Shown here: positions 9,560 to 19,598 of the stretch, piece after piece
Layout: each line of letters opens with the position of its first letter
How positions within the stretch are numbered: the first letter of the stretch is position 1
Source of the DNA: an uncultured virus (IMG/VR IMGVR_UViG_3300020183_006727)
Taxonomy: Duplodnaviria > Heunggongvirae > Uroviricota > Caudoviricetes
Virus record (IMG/VR): IMGVR_UViG_3300020183_006727
Direction: 5' to 3' (one strand)
DNA length: 64,000 bases
Program-made: the position numbers and the translations under genes
The notes under the pieces: generated by a model
The model's input: the letters and a program-made list of their open reading frames with translations, nothing else
Told to the model about the DNA's origin: nothing
The model's database searches: none

Positions 9560-10090
9560 GAATGACCATCAAGGCAGAATGGTGGTGCACAATCCTGGCT
9601 CCGCCGGATGTGCACCACAGCCGTTGGACCTTCGGCCCAACGGTGTATAGGTATATTATATATATACAGATTTACAACAACGACATACGACCCGTGATGT
9701 AGAGACAATAATCCCTTGTCTTTGCCACTCTTGCCAAGAACATCTTGATACACCCAAACACTGGCAAGAGGTCATCCTCCATCAAGGTGTATCATCCCAT
9801 CCGACCATGACTGATCGATATGTTTCATAAGCACACCTGGGACGGTGCACGGGCAGACTTCCTGTAGACTGTAGAAACCCCATCGGTGACACACATGCGC
9901 CTTGTGGATGCATGATGCCTAATAGCTCCCGACTCCTGAGCATACTTGAGCTGTTGGACCAGACTTACGTCCGTCGGGGGCGATTGCTCAAAACCCATCA
10001 GGCGCCCCCAGAAGCGCCACACCAAGATTTTGGTCTCCGATACAGGCGAGAGACCTATCTAATTATTCGTCCTACGGGTGGTCGGAAAAC
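9560..10090 (-). ncRNA. Candidate large structured non-coding RNA (family unassigned; ends approximate)
   Basis: No credible ORF; at least eight inverted-repeat stems, a pseudoknot-compatible pairing and a long-range stem; mismatches become G-U pairs on the minus strand. Confidence 0.55.
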
Positions 10091-10181
10091 AAAAAATACT
10101 GAAAATTGTCAACTTATCTGCACGAAGAATTTTTTCAGATGGGGGGAAAGAACCAGTTTTTGTGAAACATCTTTTGTGGCT

Positions 10182-11108
10182 ATGTCTCCAAATGTTCCGA
10201 TTTCCAGACTGAAAGATCTTGCTGATGTCGCAAGACATCAGCCACAGGACGGCAATACGCTGGTTTGGAATCAGTCCCAGGGCAAATGGGTACCAGCCAC
10301 TATTGTTAGACAGAAGACTGAAATATCCCCAACACAGCCCCCGTCGCCATCTTTAGGTGGGCGTTGGATAAATCCTATAACTGGTAGGGAGGCGGTATGG
10401 TACACAGATCCGCAGGGAAGGTCTGCATGGGTTGAGTTTGGTTCTGAGGGAGACTTTTTACAACTTTCTGCAGCCACCACAGCCATGGTCTTGATCCAGT
10501 CCCCAACCGTCAGTCAGATCATCATCCACGGCCGACGCAAGTGGCAGTGGGACGGCACAGCGTGGCGCCTGTTGTCGCCACCAAAGCTTGAGGGCCTGTC
10601 AAATCAGGACGGCACCATATCCGTGTCACTGTCCAATGGTGGAACAGCAACAGTTTCCGTATCTTCCGTGCCATTGTCAAAAATAGCACAGAGCGGTGCA
10701 GCATCTGGACAGGTTCCCACATGGACTGGGTCTGCATGGGTTGCATCTTCTCCAGCTGGCGGTGCAGGCATCACAGACGGAGACAAGGGCGACATCACCG
10801 TCAGTGGTTCTGGCTCCACATGGACGATTGATTCCGAAGTGGTTTCAACATCTAAGCTCGGTGGAGATATTACGGCGGCAGGCAAAGCCCTGCTTGATGA
10901 CCCCGATGCCAACACGCAACGAGCAACGCTAGGGCTAGGGACTGTTGTAACTAGAGATGTTGGCAACGGAGAAGGAAATGTTCCTGTCTTCGATAGTCTT
11001 CTCAGGTACCCATCTGGAGATGGGTCACTGATATATGGAGTTGATGCTGATTATCTCGAGGGATACACAAGACAACAGATCACCAGGGCGGGTTTATTCA
11101 GTAACTAA
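10182..11108 (+). CDS. Tail/head fibre-like protein
   Basis: Start ATG 10182; fibre motifs LKDLADV..PQDGNTLVWN, GQVPTWTGSAW, DGDKGDITVSGSG, ALLDDPDANTQRATLGLG. Confidence 0.8.
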   Translation: MSPNVPISRLKDLADVARHQPQDGNTLVWNQSQGKWVPATIVRQKTEISPTQPPSPSLGGRWINPITGREAVWYTDPQGRSAWVEFGSEGDFLQLSAATTAMVLIQSPTVSQIIIHGRRKWQWDGTAWRLLSPPKLEGLSNQDGTISVSLSNGGTATVSVSSVPLSKIAQSGAASGQVPTWTGSAWVASSPAGGAGITDGDKGDITVSGSGSTWTIDSEVVSTSKLGGDITAAGKALLDDPDANTQRATLGLGTVVTRDVGNGEGNVPVFDSLLRYPSGDGSLIYGVDADYLEGYTRQQITRAGLFSN

Positions 11109-11323
11109 TCTTGGTCTATAGAAGGCCATGCTACGATACTTGTTCTAGTAATTATCAGCATAGCAATTTCTGCGGTTTCTTTCCGTTTGTGCGACCTCCA
11201 AAGAGAAAATAATTAATAAATTCTATGATATAGTTGTGTATGTTGTATACACAGGTGTAGAGGTAACTTTTACCGAAAAACATATAGAATGAATCAGAAG
11301 CGCAAAATTAAAGGATAAAAACC

Positions 11324-13378
11324 GTGCCAACATCGAGAGAATCACTTATAACCGTCCTGTATGGTTCTTCTGCAACGACAGCCCCTTCTGATCTGTATGA
11401 TGGCGAGTTAGCTTTTGCCAATGGGTCAGGCAGTAACAAGAAACTCTTTGTAGGCTCTAACAGTAATAATACGGCGAACTGGGTGGGTGCGATCATTGAA
11501 GATCAAGCAACCATCGATTGGTCTAGCGTCAGCAGTGAAAACAATAAGTTGGCAACCCAGTATGCCGTAAAAAGCCTAGCTGGAAATTATCTGCCGCTTT
11601 CCGGCGGATCGCTTACCGGGGACTTGAGTCTCGGGACAACAAGTGAAATAGTATTCACAGCCCGTGGCGGTGGTGGTGGAACGTTGACCCTTCAGGCGCC
11701 CACTGCCACCACTTCGAATGCAGCATATACATTCACCCTGCCGGCGAATGACGGCAATGCGTCCGAAGTTCTGACCACGGATGGCAGCGGTGTTCTCAGT
11801 TGGGGAGGAGTGGACACCGCCACGAATGTGAGCGTCACAAATGACGATGCCACCACAACCGCATACATCGCATTCACAAATGCCACCTCTGGCGCCACCG
11901 CATTGAGGGTGGACAGTGATGGTCTGACCTACAATGCGGCGTCGGACTCCCTCAGCGTTGGAGGCGACATTTCTGTCGGAGGGGTAATCAGAACTAGTGC
12001 CGCGTCATTTAATTTTGTGACGGCTACAGCCACAACACTCAATATTGGCCTTGTCGCAACAGCCGTTTCAATTGGTGCTGCAACTGGTACAACAACAATC
12101 AATAATGCAGATACAGTGGTAACAGGCGACCTTGCTGTCAACGGCGGAGACATTACAACTACAGCTGCTGGTACAGCAACAGTATTCAATACAAATGCTA
12201 CAACTCTAAACGTAGGTGGAGCGGCAACTACAGTCACAATTGGTGCTGGAGCTGGTACAACAACCACAATTAGGGGTGGTACACTTGTCGGGGGCACGCA
12301 GACACAGAATGTCTTTAATACCCTTGCATCAACTGTGAATGCTTTTGGTGCAGCCGCCACGGCGAACATCGGTTACAATGGCACTGCTGCTTCAACCACC
12401 AACATTTCGACTGGTGCTGCTGCTAGTTTAACCACCAAAACTCTAAACTTGGGCACTGGTGGTGCGGAGTTCTCTACCACTAATGTAAACATTGGTTCTG
12501 TTGAAGGCGGCACGACTACGGTAAACAGCCCTTTTCTGGTGGGTGCTTGTCCAATACAAGCTGTATTCAACACTACCGCAACAACCGTGAATGCTTTTGG
12601 TGCAGCAACCGCCATCACCATGGGTGCGACAAGTGGCACTACAACCACAATTCGTGGTGGCACCCTTGTCGGGAACACGACGACACAGAACCTTTTCAAC
12701 ACCACGGCAACGACCCTGAATCTTGGCGGTGCAGCCACCGCCATCACCATGGGTGATTCGACAACAGCCACCACCACTATCCGTGGCGGCACACTTGTCG
12801 GAAACACGACGACACAGAATGTGTTTGACAGCACCGCAACAACCGTCAACGCGTTTGGCGCAGCCACCACAGCAAGCTTCGGGTACGATGGGGCATCTGG
12901 TGCAACCACTGGAATTGCCAATGGCGCGACGGGAAGTGGATCCACCAACACCATAAATATAGGTGCAATTGGAGAATCTGGGTCAACCACAAATGTCAAC
13001 ATAGGATCTTCTGCAGGCGGCACCGTTGCGCTTGGCTACAACGCCACGGTTGGCAACAACTTGACCGTGACTGGTGATCTGACTGTCAACGGAACAACCG
13101 TCACAGTTAACACCTCGACCCTATCGGTTGAGGACCCGCTCATAAAACTCGCCAATGGCAACAGCACCGCTGACAGTGTTGACATCGGTTTCTACGGCCT
13201 CTATGACACAAGTGGATCGCAGGACCTGTATTGCGGTCTTATCCGCGATGCTTCGGACGGAAAGTTTAGACTTTTTGTGGATTCACAATCGGAACCCACC
13301 ACCACCGTCAACACTGGTGCAACAGGATACTCGGTTGGAACACTTGTTGCCAACATCAGGGGTGGAACCTTCACCTGA
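11324..13378 (+). CDS. Tail fibre protein, Thr/Gly/Ala-rich with internal repeats
   Basis: N-terminal LYDGELAFAN adaptor motif, YLPLSGGSLTG, GDLAVNGGDITT, C-terminal VEDPLIKL. Confidence 0.85.
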   Translation: MPTSRESLITVLYGSSATTAPSDLYDGELAFANGSGSNKKLFVGSNSNNTANWVGAIIEDQATIDWSSVSSENNKLATQYAVKSLAGNYLPLSGGSLTGDLSLGTTSEIVFTARGGGGGTLTLQAPTATTSNAAYTFTLPANDGNASEVLTTDGSGVLSWGGVDTATNVSVTNDDATTTAYIAFTNATSGATALRVDSDGLTYNAASDSLSVGGDISVGGVIRTSAASFNFVTATATTLNIGLVATAVSIGAATGTTTINNADTVVTGDLAVNGGDITTTAAGTATVFNTNATTLNVGGAATTVTIGAGAGTTTTIRGGTLVGGTQTQNVFNTLASTVNAFGAAATANIGYNGTAASTTNISTGAAASLTTKTLNLGTGGAEFSTTNVNIGSVEGGTTTVNSPFLVGACPIQAVFNTTATTVNAFGAATAITMGATSGTTTTIRGGTLVGNTTTQNLFNTTATTLNLGGAATAITMGDSTTATTTIRGGTLVGNTTTQNVFDSTATTVNAFGAATTASFGYDGASGATTGIANGATGSGSTNTINIGAIGESGSTTNVNIGSSAGGTVALGYNATVGNNLTVTGDLTVNGTTVTVNTSTLSVEDPLIKLANGNSTADSVDIGFYGLYDTSGSQDLYCGLIRDASDGKFRLFVDSQSEPTTTVNTGATGYSVGTLVANIRGGTFT
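12186..12870 (+). repeat. Imperfect 129-bp (43 aa) repeats in the tail fibre
   Basis: AATAITMG...TTTIRGGTLVGNTTTQN.F.TTATT.N units; copies at 12601 and 12730 are 129 bp apart; diverged copy near 12220-12350. Confidence 0.85.
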
Positions 13379-13418
13379 TCTGATCGTATAATGTTATGTA
13401 GAAAGTGATGGCTATGTC

Positions 13419-14618
13419 GTGCCAGTGACTAGAGAGAGTATCATTCAGCATTTGTACTCGACATCTGCTTCTGCGCAGCCGGATACTTCTCTAGAACTTG
13501 GTGAAATTGCAATAAATGCCGCTGACGAGGCACTCTTCATCAAGAACACCAGTGGCACTGTGAAGAAGTTATCGGCAACGACCGATTTGGCAACAAATCT
13601 TGTCACCCTATCCACCACACAGACCGTTACGGGCGACAAGATATTTTCAGGGAATATCACCTTCAACAACGGCATTGTTTTTGAGGGGGCAACAGTAGAT
13701 AACAAAGACACCACTCTGACCGTTCAGGATCCCACCTCCAACAGGACTATAACACTTCCTGACGCCTCTGGTACGGTTGCGATTATTTCTGGTTCTGATA
13801 CACAAATAATGTTTAACGATGGTGGTTCTGCTCTTGGCGGAGATGCAGGACTTACCTACAACAAAACCACTGACTCATTAACCATTTCTGGGGACCTTGC
13901 TGTAAATGGCGGGGATATAACTACTTCATCGTCAACCCTCAATATTGCAGCAGGCACCACAACCGTAAATATAGCCACAGGATCTGGAACCGCCCAAAGC
14001 CTTACGATGGGTTCTGAAGTCAGCGGTAGTACATTTAAATTGTTTGGTTCTGGAAATAAGTTTTCCGGAACTTACAGTGCTGTGAAGAGCTACCATAGTT
14101 TGTATTTTTCTACTGACGTGCATTTCTTTGGCTTATTCGGCGCAACTGATTTTATGGGCTATGGCTGTATGGGGACTACTGTCATTGGAGACTGGGACGG
14201 CGGCGCCAACGGTACTACCATTACAGTAGACGACAGCGCAAGTGGAATCACTTTTTCTGCACTTTCAATAAACTTCGGTGCACCTGGGGGCAGTACATTC
14301 AGCGGACCCATTCAGTCAACTCGTCTTGCTCGTTTTACATCTGCTGCATTTGAAACAAAGACAGCATCTTGGTCAGTAACAGATTCTGATGACGGAAAGA
14401 TTTTCATATCTAATCCTGCCAGTGGAAAAGCAACTCTAACTTGTACTATAAACGGATTAAGCACTGGGGTTCATTTCAAAATACTGGTAAAGAGCGGTAC
14501 TCTTGCTTTCTCGTCATCAGGAACCCTAACAAACGAAAATTTCGGCTCTACCTCTACGACCAGTGTAACCGTATACTGCACTGGGTCTAGTTCTTACCAT
14601 GTTACCAAGTCAGCGTGA
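13419..14618 (+). CDS. Second tail fibre protein
   Basis: GTG start MPVTRES paralogous to MPTSRES; LELGEIAIN motif; QTVTGDKIFS, RTITLPDASGT, GDLAVNGGDITT. Confidence 0.85.
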   Translation: MPVTRESIIQHLYSTSASAQPDTSLELGEIAINAADEALFIKNTSGTVKKLSATTDLATNLVTLSTTQTVTGDKIFSGNITFNNGIVFEGATVDNKDTTLTVQDPTSNRTITLPDASGTVAIISGSDTQIMFNDGGSALGGDAGLTYNKTTDSLTISGDLAVNGGDITTSSSTLNIAAGTTTVNIATGSGTAQSLTMGSEVSGSTFKLFGSGNKFSGTYSAVKSYHSLYFSTDVHFFGLFGATDFMGYGCMGTTVIGDWDGGANGTTITVDDSASGITFSALSINFGAPGGSTFSGPIQSTRLARFTSAAFETKTASWSVTDSDDGKIFISNPASGKATLTCTINGLSTGVHFKILVKSGTLAFSSSGTLTNENFGSTSTTSVTVYCTGSSSYHVTKSA

Positions 14619-15189
14619 TCCCCATACTCTTGAAACAGTTTACACAAAGCCAGCCGAAAATGGTTATGGCAAGCCTTTTGCATATCAACGATTTGAAATT
14701 CTGAAACTGTTTGATTTTAATTCGGTCTTGGATGTTGGCAGCGGTGCTTGTTTTCTTCTTGACTGGTTAAAGGAGAATAATATTAAAACCGATTATGAAG
14801 CCGTGGATATAAGACCTCAAGCACTTGCGCTGTGTGACTGCCAAACATACACACAAATACCAAAAAACAAAGTATACGATTTGGTGTGTTTATTCGGAAC
14901 CGTAACTTACAATTTAGATTACGACAACGAAAAGAACAAACAAACTCTTGTCTCGCTTTTACAGGAGTCTATACAAGCAAGCAAAAAGTATTTGTTATTT
15001 ACAGTTATGAAAAATGAGATAAATCATCCCGTGGTGATTGAGGCAAATCGTTTTCTATACTACACCAAGCAAGATGTGGTGAACCTATTGACAGATTTGA
15101 AAGTAACAAAATATGAAATCATAGAAAACGACAACTACGATAGAGAGGAGTATTTTGTTGTAATCCACCGAAAAGTAGGAGAATCTTGA
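14599..15189 (+). CDS. Class I SAM-dependent methyltransferase
   Basis: SVLDVGSG motif I, YEAVDI, YDLVCLFG. Confidence 0.85.
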   Translation: MLPSQRDPHTLETVYTKPAENGYGKPFAYQRFEILKLFDFNSVLDVGSGACFLLDWLKENNIKTDYEAVDIRPQALALCDCQTYTQIPKNKVYDLVCLFGTVTYNLDYDNEKNKQTLVSLLQESIQASKKYLLFTVMKNEINHPVVIEANRFLYYTKQDVVNLLTDLKVTKYEIIENDNYDREEYFVVIHRKVGES

Positions 15190-15758
15190 ATAAGCATAAT
15201 ATCAAAGGTCTGTACGATATCTATCCAGAGCCTATTAGTAATGGCTATGGTAAAGATTTAGCCAAAAAGAGATTCGAGATACTTAAAGGGCACAAGTTTA
15301 AGTCTGTACTGGATGTTGGATCTGGACCATGCTACTTACACGAGTGGTTAGAGGAGAACAACTTAGACTCCACCTATGAGGCGGTAGACATACGCCCGGA
15401 GACGCTAAAGTTGTGCAGTTGTTCGGTATATATAACAATCCCTACCACAGGCAGTTATGATCTAGTGTGTCTGTTCGGTACGGTTACCTACAACATTGAT
15501 GGTGACGAGCTCAAGAATAAGCTTCTTTTAAAGAAGCTGTTAGAACAGTCTTTAAAGGTTTGTAGATCCCTACTCGTCTTTACAGTATTTAAGGAAAGCG
15601 TAAAAAAAGAACTAAAAGTTTTTCAGCAAGATCGATTTGTATACTTTAGTGAAATAGAACTCCGTAACCTTTTATTGGGTCTAGGGGTTAGTAATTTTAC
15701 TATTGATAAGAACAACAAGATAGATAAAAACGAGTACTTTGTAATCTGCCATATGTAG
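15186..15758 (+). CDS. Class I SAM-dependent methyltransferase (tandem paralogue)
   Basis: Shares NGYGK, RFEILK, SVLDVGSG, YEAVDIRP, YDLVCLFGTVTYN, EYFV with the previous gene. Confidence 0.85.
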   Translation: MNKHNIKGLYDIYPEPISNGYGKDLAKKRFEILKGHKFKSVLDVGSGPCYLHEWLEENNLDSTYEAVDIRPETLKLCSCSVYITIPTTGSYDLVCLFGTVTYNIDGDELKNKLLLKKLLEQSLKVCRSLLVFTVFKESVKKELKVFQQDRFVYFSEIELRNLLLGLGVSNFTIDKNNKIDKNEYFVICHM

Positions 15759-16226
15759 ATTACACCATTTTTAGATTTGTACTATCATTACCATGATTTT
15801 TGAAGTCAACGCAATCGATATAGATAGACCTAAAACTTTGAAGTCAGATGCCTATGTTTGGTACTAATATACATTATAGGTTAGTCATCTATGGTATTAT
15901 CTAGTATTGTATACGGAAGTAATTTAGAAGCGCAGCATCTCACACTATGCATATTGCTGCTAGCAGTATCTATGGTACATGATTAAGTACAATTCCTTCT
16001 TTTTGTGGGTCGGCGAGAGTATGTTTATGTCAAGTTCTCTTATTTTGCGGTCTATAAGCCATTCAATTATCTGATGTGAATAGTGTGCGCTATGGTGTAT
16101 GTGTGACACAGATGTGACACTAAGAGTTTTCTAGTCTGTAGAAGAGTTAGTATGATTGACGTTTTGTTTTTGTGAAGGTATTATTGTCGTTTGTTGGTAA
16201 ATATCTTTGTGGATAGGAGGTGTCTC

Positions 16227-16577
16227 ATGGATATTTTCCATGTGGTGATTCCTCTGAAGCAGGCAGAAATTGTGAAGTCTGCCATCTCCACCAAAATGGC
16301 TGATAGAGACGACATATTTGCTTGGTCTTGTGTCCCAGAGTCAAATGTAGAACCCATATGCGCTGCCTGCGAAGGCATACCAGAATATTTGATGAAATAT
16401 GTTTATATGGTGGATCCTGAGCGCTTGAGTAGGTTCTTTTTCTGGCGTATTGATGGAGAAACAGGAGTTCTTTTGGAGACAAATGCAGCAACATCGATGA
16501 AACATGTAGGACAAGAGGTCGACTTCAAGTTGTGTATAGCATCTGTTGGGTATAGAGTGAGGAGATTTGATGGCTAA
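16227..16577 (+). CDS. Hypothetical protein upstream of terminase
   Basis: AGGAGG then ATG 16227; overlaps terL start. Confidence 0.75.
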   Translation: MDIFHVVIPLKQAEIVKSAISTKMADRDDIFAWSCVPESNVEPICAACEGIPEYLMKYVYMVDPERLSRFFFWRIDGETGVLLETNAATSMKHVGQEVDFKLCIASVGYRVRRFDG

Positions 16578-18453
16578 GCGCGGTCGCCCTCGCAAGACCA
16601 ATCCACTCCTCGCCAAGTTGACAGCTTTCAGGGAGTCACTCGAAAACGAGGCAGGCGGTCAAGTTGCTTCGTCTGGTAAGATACCCTCAATAGTCGAATT
16701 TATTGAGAGTCGTGAATACTTGGGGATGGGTTATTACGAACCAACCCCGATTGAGTTGTTCCCATTCCAGAGGATTGCACTCAAAGCCTTCTATAGGGGC
16801 ACTAAGGGGAATGAAGATCTGAAGTTGACTGATGAAGAGATTGAGTTGTGTAAGAAATATGATCTTGACGACCCCGACTTCGAAAATGGTGACCTTCTAA
16901 AGAAATACGAAAGCGGAAATCTGTTTCAGGAGTTAGTGCTAGTGTGGGGGCGTCGTTCTGGCAAGGATTTTGTTATATCCATTTTGGCACTTTATGAGGC
17001 TCTAAAGTTGATTGAGTCCCCGGGTGGAGATCCGCATGCCATGTATGGTCTGAGTACAGGTGCTCCATTTACCATTCTCACCATTGCAAACTCTTCTAAG
17101 CAGGCAGAAATCTTGTTTCAAGAGATCAGGGATAAAGTTGTGAAGAGTATTTATTTCTCTGACAAAATCAGCCCAGAAGGAATGCTTCAGGATACGATGT
17201 ACATCATGACTCCTGCAGACAGGAAGAGAAACGAAGAGATGACGGCAAGAGGTCTGCCTATTTCTCCTGGCTCTGTGGTCATCCGATCAGGTCACTCAAA
17301 CTCTGACTCTCTTGCAGGTATAGGTTGTTATTGTCTCATGCTTGACGAGGTTGGTCTCTACAGGCAGACCCCCGGGTCTAGCGGTGGAGAGGCAATATAT
17401 AGAACTCTAGCGCCCGCGACATCCACATACGTTCGCCAAGAGAAATACATCGACGAAGAAGGGGTGGAGCGGGAAAGGTTTATTTACGATGGCAAGATCA
17501 TATGTATCTCAAGTCCGCGTGGTAAAGAAGGTGTGTTCTACGACCTGTTCAGAACTTCTCCAACAGTTCCACAAAGGTTGTCTATGCGGCTGCCGACGTG
17601 GGTGGTCAACACCAGGCAGAATCGAGATGGCCTTCGCCAAATGTTTTCCCAAATGCAGGATGAAGAGTTTGAGATGGAGTTTGGTGCCGAATTCACAGGA
17701 ACGGCTGGATATTCGTTCTTTCCAAGGGACATAGTCGAGGCTTGTTTCAAGCCATCCTTACAGTTGAAAGAATATGGTGAGCCTGGCCAGTTTTATTTCT
17801 GTCATCTTGACCCAGCTACTTCAAGCCATAATTATGCCCTCGTGGTCTGCCATAGAGAACAATTTATAAAAAAGGACACTGGCAAGATGGATTTCAGGGT
17901 AGTGGTTGACCACATAAAGTTTTGGCAACCCAGTAAGGACAAGCCCATAGTCAATGAGGAGATAGAGTCATATATAGCAAAACTGAGCAGAAGATTCTAT
18001 TTGTCTCAGGTGTCATTCGACCAGTGGAACTCGGCAGCAAGCATAAAAGGGCTGCAGGCGAAGGGGATACCAGCAAAATTGACGCGCTTCACCAAACGCT
18101 ACAAGATTATCATTTACGACTATCTTTATGACTTGGCTTCTAGTGGGAAATTATATATTCCTTATCACGAACCGATGAAGAATGAAATGCTATATTTACA
18201 GCGTAAATACATGCCCACAGGCTATCGTGTTTTTGCCAAGAGGGACGGTACAGTCAGGACAGACGATCTTGTCGATGCCCTTGCCGGGGCCTGTTTTTCT
18301 ACATTTAAGCAAGATGAATCTAGGTTGCCGCAAGGTAGACTGGCTAGATTGTCAGTAACTATGGGTGAGGATCAGACTATGTGGAGGTCCATGCAGGGTA
18401 TTCCGTATGGTGTTGGCTCAGGTCAAAGGGTAGCAAAGGATATGAGGAGCTGA
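16570..18453 (+). CDS. terL: Terminase large subunit
   Basis: Walker A VWGRRSGKD, Walker B LMLDEV, coupling motif ISSP, nuclease HLDPA ... DDLVDALA. Confidence 0.95.
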   Translation: MAKRGRPRKTNPLLAKLTAFRESLENEAGGQVASSGKIPSIVEFIESREYLGMGYYEPTPIELFPFQRIALKAFYRGTKGNEDLKLTDEEIELCKKYDLDDPDFENGDLLKKYESGNLFQELVLVWGRRSGKDFVISILALYEALKLIESPGGDPHAMYGLSTGAPFTILTIANSSKQAEILFQEIRDKVVKSIYFSDKISPEGMLQDTMYIMTPADRKRNEEMTARGLPISPGSVVIRSGHSNSDSLAGIGCYCLMLDEVGLYRQTPGSSGGEAIYRTLAPATSTYVRQEKYIDEEGVERERFIYDGKIICISSPRGKEGVFYDLFRTSPTVPQRLSMRLPTWVVNTRQNRDGLRQMFSQMQDEEFEMEFGAEFTGTAGYSFFPRDIVEACFKPSLQLKEYGEPGQFYFCHLDPATSSHNYALVVCHREQFIKKDTGKMDFRVVVDHIKFWQPSKDKPIVNEEIESYIAKLSRRFYLSQVSFDQWNSAASIKGLQAKGIPAKLTRFTKRYKIIIYDYLYDLASSGKLYIPYHEPMKNEMLYLQRKYMPTGYRVFAKRDGTVRTDDLVDALAGACFSTFKQDESRLPQGRLARLSVTMGEDQTMWRSMQGIPYGVGSGQRVAKDMRS

Positions 18454-18455
18454 AA

Positions 18456-19148
18456 ATGTTCAACTTTTTGAGACGTATGGGTTTGATTAAATCTGCATCA
18501 AGAGAACAATTTTTGGAGCAGAACAGGGAAGACAACAAGACATCGTCCATGGACGACATGAGTCTTCCTCGGGCAATAGATGAGTCTCATGGCGACGAAG
18601 CTGACAAGTCTGTTGCTCAGAGGCTGGCAGAGCGGGATGAGACATATGCCACAAGAGTTGTTGAAGCACGCCTTGATGAGGCTGATTCAGGATATGACAG
18701 TAATCTTGTTTATCGAAAATCTCGCGAGTCCTCTCCTGTTTCTGACATAAACATGGCAAGTGAGGCCTTTGACCAAAAATTCAGGAAGGCATACGCAGAG
18801 GCAGAGAAGGGTGAGAGAGACCTGTTTTCCCTACACTTCAACACAGGTAAACCTAATGTTGATCCTGTGGATGCAGACGATTCTCTTGTTGTCAACAGGG
18901 CAGGGCGCATCGAGAACACTGGCCATCTCCCAGTTGAAGATGCGCCATCCAACCTAAAGAACATAAACAAAGATGTTGTCATCAAAGAAGCTCAGTCCAA
19001 TCTGTTTGCGATCGACAGAAGGCTTTTTGAAATCAGGCTAGCTGCTGCTTCAGAGGAAAGACAGTTGCATAGAGACGAAGTGTCTGAAATATCAGAGCTT
19101 AACAGTCGCAAGAAAACCATATTGTCTTCCTATATGGTTATTGGGTAA
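18456..19148 (+). CDS. Acidic hypothetical protein, putative head-associated
   Basis: GAGGAG then ATG 18456 (MFNFLRRMGLIKSAS). Confidence 0.8.
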   Translation: MFNFLRRMGLIKSASREQFLEQNREDNKTSSMDDMSLPRAIDESHGDEADKSVAQRLAERDETYATRVVEARLDEADSGYDSNLVYRKSRESSPVSDINMASEAFDQKFRKAYAEAEKGERDLFSLHFNTGKPNVDPVDADDSLVVNRAGRIENTGHLPVEDAPSNLKNINKDVVIKEAQSNLFAIDRRLFEIRLAAASEERQLHRDEVSEISELNSRKKTILSSYMVIG

Positions 19149-19151
19149 CTG

Positions 19152-19598
19152 ATGCTCCGCCTTGAGAGCCACAGTTGGCTGGTCAAGGTTGCCAACCTCG
19201 GCACAACTGTGCCGAACACGCTTCTTCGCCCTTTTGATAGGGTTGATCCATATAAATTGCATCGGGGCCCCAATAGCGGAGAGGGTTATAAATTTACAAC
19301 GCCTATGTCTCAGGGTGTTGCCGGAGAACCTCCTGACATGGCCTCTGACTTTTTGCTTTGGGAGCAGGGCATTGGCGATCATGAGTACAGATATAATCAT
19401 GATTTTGACTATGGTGACCCAGAGGATCCGTTCTCTGGTCGAGAAAGACTTGAAGGCGAGACTGAATATCAAGAGGGAACTAATGACGGAACATGGGCAG
19501 ACCCATCGTCTCCAGTTTCTCGTGGAAGAACCATATTTGAGGGTGCTCCCAATTCGGGCAGCATGGAAAAAATGTTACACAGGAGAAGAAAGATATGA
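19152..19598 (+). CDS. Hypothetical protein
   Basis: 148 aa, operon-coupled; WLVKVAN near N-terminus. Confidence 0.75.
   Translation: MLRLESHSWLVKVANLGTTVPNTLLRPFDRVDPYKLHRGPNSGEGYKFTTPMSQGVAGEPPDMASDFLLWEQGIGDHEYRYNHDFDYGDPEDPFSGRERLEGETEYQEGTNDGTWADPSSPVSRGRTIFEGAPNSGSMEKMLHRRRKI

Noticed and set aside
9850..9870. AGGAAGTCTGCCC (minus) resembling the RNase P 5' conserved motif
   Set aside because: No matching 3' P4 strand found; insufficient.
9547..10025. Short minus-strand ORFs 9547..9753 and 9825..10025
   Set aside because: Short, non-ATG starts, no recognisable motifs; more likely incidental.
10085..10112. TTGACA on minus strand upstream of the RNA candidate
   Set aside because: No -10 hexamer at 16-18 nt spacing.
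9912..10181. N-terminal 90 aa of track ORF 9912..11108
   Set aside because: No fibre-like character and overlaps the structured region; ATG 10182 fits better.
12186..12870. Fibre repeats as DGR template/variable repeats or CRISPR
   Set aside because: In-frame coding repeats, no adenine-specific pattern noticed, no reverse transcriptase or cas gene in the window.
11692..13023. Long antisense ORFs opposite the fibre gene (similar ones opposite scaffold and tape measure)
   Set aside because: Shadows of biased codon usage on the coding strand.
16227..16577. Terminase small subunit assignment
   Set aside because: Position fits, but no HTH or oligomerisation helices recognised.
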